A stretch of DNA of 64,000 bases from the NCBI GenBank assembly GCA_036172245.1, contig JAYWIR010000021.1, positions 1,302,001 through 1,366,000 of the forward strand, written 5' to 3'. The stretch's first letter is position 1. Every line of letters starts with the position of its first letter. Under the pieces are notes generated by a model. The model saw nothing but the letters and a program-made list of their open reading frames with translations. It searched no databases and was not told the origin of the DNA. This stretch comes from Raillietiella orientalis (lineage: Eukaryota). The position numbers and the translations under genes were made by a program. Shown here in pieces: positions 25,801 through 36,877 of the stretch.

Positions 25801-26857
25801 ATCAAGATGAAGCCGCCTTCCATCACTGGCGAAGAGTTTTTTTCTGTTTGAGAGATGGCTTCTAGTTACGTCTTCCCTTACATCCCAGTAACGAAGCCGA
25901 CGTCACTAAATACAGCGTCTGTACGTTGCGTATAACTTCCAGATCTATTCTGTGGGAGCATTTTATTTCCAGGTTTGACAAGATGTCGTCACGGGTCCTG
26001 TTCCATTGCTCCTCGATGAAGGCTTGCGACACGCTGATCAAGTCTTCTTGAGCGGCCAGCGCCTGTTCCTTGAACAGATCGATAAATGTGTCCCAGTGGC
26101 TTTTCATCAGGTCCGAAGAGGTGCTCTGAGGTGTTAACAGCAAGTTAGCGGTCGTTGGTTATTTTCCCTCCTCTCCGAATTTCTCGATTCTTCCGCATGT
26201 GATTGCCGTAAGCAATGAGCTGGGTGGGGGTGGGGGTGTGAAGGGGGAGGGGGTGGGAAGGGAGGAGCAGCGTTCTATACGGACGGCAGAAAGCTTTATT
26301 CGATGAGCACTGATAAAGCAGTCGGAGACATCGCCCACACCACGGAGGCTGGGAGGGAGCATCTGGGTTTGTGCTCAAAGCAACCTTTCGATTTCGGCCG
26401 TGCCCTGGGAATTTTCGGTGACGAATGCAAAGAGGGAAGAAGCTGCCTGTCTGGAAGCTGTGCGGAGGCTGGGAAGGATCGTTTCGACGAGATGCGTCTC
26501 TCTCTCTCTCTCTTAGACGGGGACGGACCAACGGGCAAACCGACGATGCGGGCAGAGATTTCGCGATGGCGACGCGGTCGCTGCGGCAACGAGGGATTAC
26601 CGGAAAGGCGGATGGCGCCCTCCTTCAGCACACGTGAGGTGCTGAGATGCCGCAGGGTGTGTGTGCACTGCCTCGACACGAAAATCATCCGCGACCCACC
26701 CATGGATTTGCATGCAGAAGAGTCAGTTACGAGCCCACCAGCAGCATTTCGAAGTAAACGTAGAAACAAAAATAAAATTGTTAATTTTTTTGTTTAAAAC
26801 AACAACAACAACAGCACGCGAATTAATTTTTAAAAAAAAAAGGATCCTTACACTCAT
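13825..26857 (-). CDS. Amt: Ammonium transporter (Amt/MEP family), divergent, ~589 aa
   Basis: Exons 26852-26857 (GCC ATG AGT|gtaagg, least certain), 25882-26125, 25736-25825, 20308-20684, 18355-18490, 18045-18298, 14492-14633, 13825-14345 join in frame (1770 nt, TAG at 13825-13827). Amt motifs in order: LMEGGFILIQIGVTSVRK, VLGYGLSQG, FQYSF, HWAWSENGW, DDAGSSVIH, GYTNFNG, NSILAASVGG, LAGQISISAGC, VDDHLNVVGMHLIPGAWG. Confidence 0.9.
17253..17733. repeat. Degenerate tandem array of ~10 self-complementary GC-rich units (~40-50 bp period)
   Basis: Recurring unit CCGGAGGG..CCC..GGG..CTCC, e.g. ggagggacaccccccgtaataggggtggtcctctcc (~17347), ggagggtcccccccgcaatagggggggtccgctcc (~17549), ggaggtggtcccccggtgacgggggtccactctcc (~17635). 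Lies inside an Amt intron. Confidence 0.65.
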
Positions 26858-27447
26858 GGCAGGATGGGAGTCATTACCAAAACAACACTTTCAGGAATGC
26901 GAAACGCTACGGAGTCGACCAGGCAATTAAAAGAGAGGATTCCGTATCACTAATGCATTTGGAATGCATTATTCCATGATTCCGTCTCTTTAATGACCAA
27001 AATTCCTTCACTTTGGATCTTTTAATTACGTGAGATAGCCGTCGAAAGATACCACAACGATTTATTATTATTATTTTTTTCAGGAAAGAGAAAAACTTGC
27101 TGTCATGCTATTCAAATGCATAAAAACTTCAAATTGAGATATCACAATGGAGGGGGATTTCCACTAGGCAGGACCCGCACGCCGTTGCCAGAGCAACGGG
27201 ACGTCAGAAATACCAAGCGGTTATTTGATGGAACCCGTGAAGCCTTTTTTTCCCCCTCTCTCTCGGGGAGTTCATCGTTTTTAGAGGAAGCGCTAAGGAT
27301 ATGTTCAGGACATGAAACCTGTTCGAAGCATCCGTCTGTGTGAAACAAAAATGGCTGCATACTGTACCGCTTCCCCCCTCCCCCCCCTTGCAGTAGTAGG
27401 GCAATCACTTTTATCAATTTAATGAACTGTCTTTGAAGAAATCAAAG

Positions 27448-27453
27448 TTTATT
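27448..27453 (-). terminator. Candidate polyadenylation signal (AATAAA) of the homeobox gene
   Basis: AATAAA on the minus strand ~800 nt downstream of the homeobox stop codon; another copy at 27061-27066. Confidence 0.35.
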
Positions 27454-28119
27454 ATCTCATACTGATTATATTGACAGGTGAAATTGCATTTTCGTATTCC
27501 AGTGCGTGATTTTCAACACGTTACAATGTTCTGAAACACAAGGAGTCTGTTCGTTTTCTGATGAAAAGAAAAAGAAAAAAAAAAAAGAAAATCCTTACTT
27601 TTGTCTTTTTTTTGGTTCCCCCCCCCCCTCCCTTCCCCCTTCCCTTAGATGGCTGGAGAGCGCTGGTCTCTTCGCAAGAGCTGCTGCTGACTTGCTCCTG
27701 CCGTGTTCCCTATCCCGGATTTTCTTTGCTCTGTTTCCACTGCAGCGATGCACGGGACCCACGAGAAGATGAACACTTATCGAAGGACACACAAACTCGA
27801 AACCCGGGACGTCCTTTTCGTAAACTGCACGAGCGCAGGGGAAATTCCTTTGCTTTCATCCGCGTGCTTTTGGTATTCGGCTACAGAATGGCAACACTTG
27901 AAGATCATTTTCAGCTGCCGTGGTCTCGAAACCATTCAGAAAGTGTGTGCTTCTGCGACACGTGGGAACATTGAGCCATGGTTATGGCTTATCGTCTTTT
28001 CGTCAGCAGTTTTGGTGTACGAGCACTCGGCATTTTGAGAATTCAACGACACACACATATGACTGATTATATCACAGACTTAGAGTCACTTATTACTTGA
28101 GAGCAAAGTCCCACGCCAC

Positions 28120-28122
<3 letters not shown>

Positions 28123-28168
<46 letters not shown>

Positions 28169-28175
28169 CGTGTGT
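28123..28175. repeat. (TG)n microsatellite
   Basis: 21 perfect TG units (28123-28164) plus a degenerate tail; in the putative 3' UTR of the homeobox gene. Confidence 0.95.
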
Positions 28176-28256
28176 TTTTGTATGCTTTTTTTTTTTTTTG
28201 TATGCTTTTTTTTCTTCTTCGTTTTGGTTGCAACGAGTGCACAAGAGTTTGGATCA

Positions 28257-29374
28257 CTAAGTCTGATATTGCAGCATGGGCGTGGATACCAAATTATTGT
28301 GCTGATTCGGATTCATCCTCAAAGCCGTCAAACTTTTGTTGTACCAGTCCTCTTCCGTAATACACATTCCTAAAATCACAAAGGGTTAGAACGAGCAGCA
28401 ACATTCCCTCAGTGGGAAAGAGGAAACGCTCCTTCATCTTAGAAATAACCAAGCTGTGTGATCGGAATCCCGAAATTGAATCAGGGAGCCATCCCGAATT
28501 AGCATTTGCACCGAGAAGACCGGAGCAGGAGCACGGCATTACGGGCGGGACAACGCAAAGCACCAGCTTCCTCATTTGAGCATCTTGAGCCATCTCGAAC
28601 AGAGTGCTTTCGTCTGAAGCGCGAGTTGGAAAACAAAACAAAGCAAGGCGGCCGGGGGGCAACCTGCACGACGAAGAAAAAGCTGACCAGATGACCGATA
28701 ACGCTTGGATGGACACCTGAAGATCACGAAACACCTGAAGTCGGGTCTTTGCGATGGACTCCGGCGTGCCTTCCATCGTCTTCTCAAATGTGCTTTCGAG
28801 TCGTTGGTCAAAAGGGAGAGAAAAAGGAAGAGAAGATGATTTCCCTCACAACTCTCGGTTCGAGAATGGTTCGTTGCCTTGGCAAACAGGTTGACTCGGA
28901 TCCGCTTGCCCATCGAGGAAGCCCCACGCTAAGAAGAAGCATCGCTGAAGAGAAGCTGAAATCGTTGGTGCGGGGGTGGGGCGCGGGGAGGGGGGATTCT
29001 CAATCATCCGGCAAGTGGAAAAGTCCTTTATTCGGGAACGAGAAGATCCCGATGGGAAGGTAGCAGAGGAAAACGGCTCGGAGCTGCAAAGCAGGAAGAA
29101 AACAGTGTTCGCAGTCGGCGCTTCGCCGCATCTCTCAGGCATCCGCAGGAGAAACGTCCACTTCCGTTCGCAATTCCCGAGATGCCTCCCTCCCTCCTTT
29201 TCCTCCATCGCTGTCCACGCGCCTCTCCGCCAGGACGAACCGCGGGATTTACTTTGCGGTGCTGCGACCGCTGCGTGCCAAGGCAAACGGGAAAAATCTC
29301 CTCCATCATCCTCAGAAGGTTATGGTAGGAGATTATCGCAGGGAAGCAACGGTTAACTTGCAATTATTTCCCTG

Positions 29375-29411
<37 letters not shown>

Positions 29412-32400
29412 AGGAAAAAAAGGAATGCGATTTGGAAAGCGTTTCGGGATGCATGGGTTTCCTTCGCGTTCGTTTCCGGACTTGTTTTGAGATAAAAATT
29501 CGATTATTCGAGTCAATAATTCTTCTCTTCCTTCCTTCCTTCCTTTCTTTTTCGTTCAAATAAAGGGAAAAAAAAAAAAAAAAATTCATCATGATGAAGT
29601 GGCTTGAGAGGGCTACTGCTAATGGCATCCGTGACGACAATGATGATGAGGACGGGAAGAATCCGGACCCTGCGAAGCTCGGAGGGACGGTGGAGAGCGA
29701 CTGGGAGGAGTTGCGGCGGGATCGGGAACGGTCGAAACGGAAGGCGGAGGAGGACACGGGCTCCGTGTGCAAATCGGCTCCTTTTAGGCCTTCCGTTTCC
29801 TGGTGCGTCTCATTTTCTGGTGCGCGCATCCTGGCCGCGCGGACGCGGACTTCCGGCCGATGAAGCGTCCGCAGCGGAAGACCCATTTTCGGGATGGAAG
29901 GAGCAAAGAGGAAAGGAAGGAAGGAAAAGAAGAGAAAAGACAAGCGGAGATGATCGGCACGTAAGGGCACTGCGACTCCCCTCGCCGGACCGCGAAGCGG
30001 GAAAACCACTCCCCCGGGAAGCAGTGTCCTTTGTGGAGTGGGGCGTGCTGGCCACTCGTCGTCGGCCAGCACGCCCTTTTTTTCCCCCCTCCTCCGAGAT
30101 GAGTCTGCGAGGCGACAGGAAGCGCGGACGAGATGCGCGCGGGCACTCTGAGCGCCGCGGTGTGTGAATGGCGGGCGCGTGACGAGGCGTTCGCGTCCCC
30201 TCCAGTCATCCGGCGTCGATCCATGCTGAGGTCCCGAGGGAGGGGCGCGGCTCGGGAAGGGGGCGCGAGCTGACCGACAGGACATGACGGCTTGCGAGGG
30301 CAAAGAAATCGGGTCTGGTTACCTATTCCGTCCTGCCTGAGGGAGGGCGTGGAGGCGATGCCATGCGCCCCGTGGGACACTGAGAACGCCTGGCTCACGT
30401 TCCCGTAGGTGCTTCCGGGCATCTGGAACACGTCCTGGAAAGGAGGAAACGAGACTGTAGAAATAGCTCCAGGAGCGCCTTGCCGTCGGGCGGGGCATCA
30501 TGGGCCTGCCACCGGTTGTGGCAGCGCGGGAAGGAAGACGGGGGGAGTAGGGGGAGAAGTAGCAACCCGACCCAAGCCGAGGCTGCTGCCAGCTCTTACT
30601 GTTGGGTCGCCACTTTTCCCCGGACTCCGCTCTCTAGGAGGGCAGGCTCAGAGAAGGAGCCGGCAGCGCCACCAGGTGAGTGCGCACCCGTCGCTCCATG
30701 GGTCTTCCAGAGCTGCGCTCCCTTCCTCGAGATCTCCCCTGCTGCCGTCGGCTGCGCCGTCCGTTCTCGCCTCCATCCCCACGGCAACCGGGAATCCGGA
30801 CGCTTCTCCCGGATGCTCCTCGCCCTTTGCTTCCCCTGCAGCCGTCGCTCCATGAGGGCTTCCGGCGTTCATTCCGAAGCGCAGCCTCGCGGGAACCGAA
30901 CGGAGGGAGCCATGGCAACCTGGGGTGGTTGGCTTGCTTGGCGCACTCGACGGTGATTGCGGAAGAGGGGGTGAGAGGGGAAGGGGCGTGCCGCCCCTCC
31001 CCCGGCCCCATTTCTCTTTTGCAAGCACCACGAAGGGATCTCCCGGGATCACGGCCTCTGGTTGCGGGAAATGCGGGCCTTCCCTCTAAGGAAGATCCTC
31101 CCCACGCAAGAGTGACCCTCTCCCGCGACCTCCGGCTGACCGAAAAGACAGGCTCGCATAAGGGGGCGGCAGAGAGCTGGAGGTAGCAGGAGTGCTCCTC
31201 CCTTGAGATCGATCGGGATGTCCAACGGAGATTCTCCTTCCTGGATCCCTCCCCCCTTCACCATATTCCCACGCCTGGAAGGAGGGCCCCGCTGGATGCG
31301 CGCGAGGAGAGGAGGAGTAATAGGGGGCCCGAGGGAGGGTCGGCCACGTCTCATCGCCCGCGGTTACGGGAGTCTGTGGCGTTCCTTTCCCCGAACTTCG
31401 GCCAGGGTTTCGAACTGAGAGGTAGGAGGAAGTGGCACATGACCTTCCTCCCTCCCCTCATCTCTTCTCAAGGAAGAGACGCTCTCGGCCGCAGGTCCCA
31501 CGGCGCCGTGGGATCCCATGGGCCCAAGGAGAGTGGAAGAAGATTCGCAGACGAGCAGATGCTCTTCCTGAGATGCTCGCGCGCTCACCTGAGGGTACCT
31601 GCTGACGCTGTTGAGGCTGTTGATGGCAGAGTGCGGTGCGTAGGCCTGGTAGCCCCTGGGCACGGGAGGATAGATGTTCCTCATGACGGGGGCGTTGCAG
31701 GAAGAGATGACGGACGGAGGCAGCACGTTCTGTAGCTGCTTCTGCTGCTTCCGGTATTTGGCCCGCCGGTTTTGGAACCAGACCTGGCCGCGAGACATGA
31801 CCAAAGGGACCAGAGATACCGGCGGCGGAACGGCGCTGGGGTATGGCAGGTACCCGCCAGGAGTACGAACGTACGAGGCAGAGGTCGCCTGGAGCCGGTG
31901 CGAGTGGTGGAATGGCGGCGCGAAGCTGGGAGGGTGGGGTCTCGGATACTTCCTGACGGGCGAGGCGGGCCCACGGGTCCACCGAAAGACTCGACAAAGA
32001 GCAGGGACTGGGAGGGAATCGAGATCCACAACTCGAGGGGCTCCCTCGAGTTGTGGATCTGCCACCGCCTGCTCCCTCGTAGCCCTTCCTTCTTTCTCCC
32101 CCTCACTTCCCCCACGCAGCCGGCCTTCCATCCTCGGCCGGGCTCCGAGGAGCGGCGGTGCTCCCATCGACGCAACGTTTCCTATCAGGGAAGCTCGAGG
32201 CAAATGCGACTCGAAGAATGGTCCGTTCGGCCTTTCTTCCGGGACTGAGGGCGAGGAGGGAACGCAGGTCCCAGTGGACGGACATCCGCCCGGGCGTCCT
32301 CCGCACTGGAGGAAGTGCGTCGGGAAGCAGGCGGAACCGCGCCCCGACTGCGCTACGCTAACGGGGAGGGCACGAAGAGATGCCATCGCGACCGCTGCCG

Positions 32401-35400
32401 GGCGCTCCGTACCCCGCTGCCTTCGACTGGTCCAGAGAGGGAGCTCTGGATGGTGAGAGCTGCTCATAGAGCGCACGAGTCCCGCCCTGCCACTGTCCAC
32501 CTCTCTCGACTGCGTGACGTCGGACACCGGACGTCCTTCTGCGCCCGTTCCAGTCCCCCTCCCCTCCTACTCTCGTAAAGGAGAGCGAAAACCGTGAGCG
32601 CGCACGGATCTTCGAACCGGTGGCCATCTTGGGAACTGTTTGCTAGCAAATGGGAGCGGTCCGAAGCGGACGGAACAACTGCCGGAAGCCTCCCGACGGC
32701 CTTTTCCTCCCGCTGCTCCGGGCGCGCTCTCCTGCAGCGTTAGCCCGCGGAAAGGTTGGATGCGACCGGGACTGCTAACCCTGGCCGCACCTAAGATGTG
32801 GACGTTCGCTCGGCAATGGCTTGAAGACCTCGGCTGCTGCGGAGCGTCGGCCAGCCGCAGCGCTCCGACCTCTGAACCACGGCGAGACGCCGCGGAGGCG
32901 AGCGAGCGTAGCTCAGCCGAATCAGAGGACGCGCGTCGGAGCGGGGGGAAGCACCCGCAGCAGCACCAGCCTCGGGTGCTCAACGGGCGCCCGGCCAATA
33001 GCAAGGCCGGGTGCGGGTAGAGCGCGAGCAAGGTATCCCCGCTTCCTCCCATCCCGGGATGCTCCTCAGCTGGCGCTCCGAGCAACCGGGGTCACGGGAC
33101 TCGCGTGGCCTGCGAGGGCGAGTTTTTGTTTTTTCTTGGTCCTCAATACAGACGAGAAGAGGATCGGAAGAAAGGACTCTCCCAAGGCGCTCGTCTTCCT
33201 CTGGTGACGAGGACGGAGCGTACCTTTCTTGTACAGTCATCGGTTTGATGATGCATGCACCCCCGCGCATGTCCTCCGAACCCAAGGAGATGATTAGATG
33301 GTGAGACGGACGGCAAGTTTCCGAAGGAAGGGAGGAAGATGTGTGTGTGTGTGTGTGGCTTGCCCGGGCCTCAGTAGCCAAGGGCGAGGGAGCAACAGAG
33401 ACGGTACTCCCACCACTCGGCCCGCCTCCACGGAAACGCACTGCCGACCCTGAGAAGAATGACCGGTCCTTCGGGAAGAAGCGGCATCCTTTCCCCCGAC
33501 GAGGGCCCCTAGATGGGGGCAACAGGGAGTGTGACCAGGAGACGCATCGCCACCGGAACACGGTCGCAACACGCTGTCGAGCTGTCCATAAAACTCCGGG
33601 AACGAGAAAGCGTCCTCCCGAGTGGACGGGGCGGAGGGGAGAAAAAAGGCACATGGGAATTTTCCGGATGCCGTTCATTTCTTCGAGGGTTCTTCGGGCA
33701 TGAGCATCTGCAGCAGCCAATCTGTCTTTCTCGTGTGTCAACGTTCACTCCAGCAAACGCGTCAGATAGACTGACAACTCTTAGTTGGTTCCTCCGCGCG
33801 GCAAAGAGCGGGAAAGCGGAAAAGGAGAGGAAAGTGTGAAGACCAGTGCGAGCGCACAGCGCCTAGCAATGGTTACCACGTCGATCATTGCTGGCGGGCA
33901 CTTCGCTCGATGGTCGGCGCTATGGAGACGGACGCCGTCGACGAGCAGGCACCCAGGGGAGCCCTCGTCGAACACATGGCTCCCTCCAGTCCGCATTTAC
34001 CGAGTGGGATTTCCCTGGAATCGTCGGGGAAGTGTGTGGGCTGGGGTAGGCGGGTGGTGGATCCACATTCTGGCTGGCTGACGGCACGAACGGAAAGGGG
34101 GCCGAGGCGCACGACTCATCCCCGGGCGAAAAGGGAGCTCCAGACGCTGCATGGAGCGTGCGAGGAAGGCGGAGAGCGTCCATCGTGAACGAAAGACGCA
34201 CGGCCGACCTCGCAGGGATGGGCGCGATGGGGGACTTTCATAGGCGGCGGTGGCAGCCGAGAAGAGGGGCGAGCGGCTTGCTTTGCTCATCCGAGCTCTC
34301 GTGAGCGGGATGGGCTCCCGTCCCGGCCCAGCTCCCCCGCTCCCGAGGACTCTCCTACGAGCCCCGGTCCCTCCCATCCTTTCAGGATGCTCTTCCGGTC
34401 CTCGCGCTCCCGGACCTGGCTGCTTTTGCCGCGTGGCCATTTCCCTGGGAAGGGGAGGAGGAGGTTCGTCGACCCCCTTTCGAGTCCCTTCCTCCCGCCT
34501 GTTCCCTCCGACAAGGACCCGAAGCCTCCAGAGCTCTCATGGCCGCGCGCGCGCTGCAGGTGCCTCTCCCGGATAGCATCGACTCTGCGCTTCAGAGCGC
34601 GGCGGGATGGCGTGCGCTCTCTTCCGCCGGAGAGATGACGGAGAAGAGGAGACGTAGGCGTCCCAACCCCCCTTGGGGCCGCGGTCACCCGCTCCTCCGA
34701 GCGGGGCAACAACTCTCCGGTGCTGCTCGCGAAATGCCGCTGTCGCGCGCGTTGGTGGGGATGGGGCGGGGGAACGCTTTCCCTGGGGAACACGAGGACC
34801 TGGTCGAAAGAAAGTCCCGGGACTCTAGCGGAGGAAGGAGGGGGCTTGGACTTCTGACCTGGATGCGTGCTTCGTTTAGGTTGGTCACCCGAGCCAGCTC
34901 TTCCCTGCAGTAGATGTCCGGGTAGTGGGACTTGGCGAACGCCGTCTCCAGCTCCTGCAGCTGTTCCTGGAAAACGAGGGAGAAGAGGCCTCGGTGACGC
35001 CAAAAGGAAGCGGGTGGCGAGGGGGCGCGGACCCTCCCTTCCGGGGGAATGCGAGGAAGGCACGGGAAGCGTCCTCCCCTCTCTGGGATGGCGGAGGTTC
35101 CCATGGGCCACACCGTTCAGGAGCGCGAGTGGGCGAGCGGACGCTGCTGCTGGCTCGCTCGGTCACGGGAAGCGCGCGCGACAACCGCTCTAGGAGACGC
35201 GGAAGGTCCTCCTTCTGCTGGCGGGCGCAGGGTCAGCGGTTTCCAGGGGAACCGGACGCCGTGAAGGAAAAGGAGGGGGAGAAAGGCGGGATAAGCCCGC
35301 GAGGGCGCGCTTCACACAGTACCTGAGTGAAGGTGGTCCGGTGCCTCCTCCTGGCAGGGGTCGAGCAGTTGGTCAACGAGGGCGACGCCACCGCCAGCGG

Positions 35401-35753
35401 GTTGGCCGCGATCTCCGTCTTAAGCTTCTTGAAGGCTCCTTCCCCAGCTGCAAGGGGCCCCGGAAGAGGGACACGTGGGTGGGTGAGGGCGCGAGCGCCA
35501 CGCCGGGTTCAGGGGGAAGAGGGGGAGGAGTTCAGCCCCCACTCCCGTCGCCCTCCCCCCCTCCCCTTCCTCGGCGGCGAGGGGAAATACCTGGGGGCGA
35601 GCTGCCCGAGGCAGCTCTGGCGGCGGCTGCTGCGGCGGCCTGCGGGCAGGTCGCGGTCACCTCGGCGAGGCCGTACATCGACCGGAAGCCCTTCGGCTCC
35701 TCCGCCCGGTTCTCCCCGCCGGCCAGCAGCCTGCGCTCGGAGGGGGCGATCAT
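28257..35753 (-). CDS. Prop: Paired-like (Q50) homeobox transcription factor of the Prop family (PROP1/UNC-42/Drosophila CG32532-like), ~267 aa
   Basis: Exons 35591-35753, 35323-35447, 34859-34966, 31589-31783, 30323-30422, 28257-28369 join in frame (804 nt, all GT-AG). Homeodomain [59 protein letters not shown]. Flanking [20 protein letters not shown] and C-terminal [14 protein letters not shown]...PMLQYQT* match what I recall of arthropod CG32532 orthologues. Confidence 0.92.
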
Positions 35754-36522
35754 GGTCGCGGATTCCTCCTCTTCTCCCGGAAGAGCGGAGGGGGAGCGGC
35801 ACGTGGGTGGCTGCCGGTCGTCCTCCCGTCGGTTCCTCGGCTCCACTGGTCGGCGGCGCGCGCGCTTGGGGGCAGCGGCGGCGACTCCCGCAGATCTAAA
35901 AAACGGAACATGCAGAATGATGGGCGGTGAGCGCCGACGACGAGGAGGCGCTTGGCGGGCGAGCGCCAGGCCGACCACCCGTCCGTCCCCGCACCGCCAG
36001 CCGGCGGCGCGACGTGCACGCGTCCTGGGCGAAGGAACGGGGGCCGTCGGGGGGGACGCGGGGACGATCTTCTCTTCCCCCTCTCCTCCTCTCCCTTCCT
36101 TTCCTTTCTGCCGCCTACCACGAAGAGGGGGGGGGGGAGGAAAAGAGAGAGAGAGAGGAAAAACAACGGCAAGCGCAAACGAAAAAGGGGAAAGCGAGGA
36201 CTGGGGAGGGGATGACGAAAGGGAACGCAACGGGGAGATGGGGGAGGCCGGAAGGGGGGGGGGGGAAGGGGAAAGGGGGGGGGGAAAGAGGGAGGGAAGC
36301 AAAGCGAAACAAAGCAAAATAAAAAAACACGAAAAAAAAAAAACACAATCGAAGGAAAATACGGGGGAGGGGGAGGACGGGGGAGAGGGGGGAAGGGCAC
36401 GGCGGCAACAATGTGCGGCGGAGGAGCGGTTGCCCCCCACGACGGGTCACAACTCTGCCGGCGCGCGTCCGCGCACGCAAGACCGGTGCGCACCGTGAGC
36501 CCCACCGGCAGGCCCGTCGCCA

Positions 36523-36570
36523 CGCGCCCCCACTCGCGCGCGCCCCCACTCGCGCGCGCCCCCACTCGCG
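36523..36570. repeat. 16-bp unit x3 (CGCGCCCCCACTCGCG)
   Basis: Three exact tandem copies at 36523, 36539 and 36555, just inside the putative first intron of the homeobox gene. Confidence 0.9.
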
Positions 36571-36595
36571 AGGGGGACACCGGACCACATCGCAC

Positions 36596-36877
36596 CTCTC
36601 TAACGAAGTTAGCGGACTGGACTTGTCTTCGTTTCGAACTTGGACGACTCGGGAGGCGCGCGCTCGGGCAGGGGAGGGGGAAGGGGGAGGGGCGCGCGCA
36701 CTCGCGAGCGGGCAGCGGGAGCAGAGGGAAAGGGGACGCGTGGAGGGGAGCGGGGCCCCTCTGGATCCCGCGATTGGTCGACAGCAAGCTCCTGGAGGCG
36801 GGACTCCCGGCCGCAGACCAACCGCGACGCCGCGCACGCTTGGGGAAGGGCGCGACCCGGCCGAGCGTCCTCATTGG
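36596..36877 (-). promoter_or_regulatory. Putative promoter and non-coding first exon of the homeobox gene
   Basis: Minus-strand CCAAT boxes at 36773-36777 and 36873-36877 in GC-rich sequence. A short ATG-free segment ends in GAG|gtgcga (36596) and could splice to the acceptor ttttttag|A at 35895 upstream of the ATG. Confidence 0.4.

Noticed and set aside
29378..29409. ~32-nt poly-A run as a retroposon tail
   Set aside because: No TSD or element body; similar homopolymers are scattered through the window (e.g. ~4358, ~7061).
30206..30225. Short alternative terminal exon (AWIDAG*) for the homeobox gene
   Set aside because: In phase, but exon 28257-28369 encodes the family-typical [12 protein letters not shown]...QYQT end.
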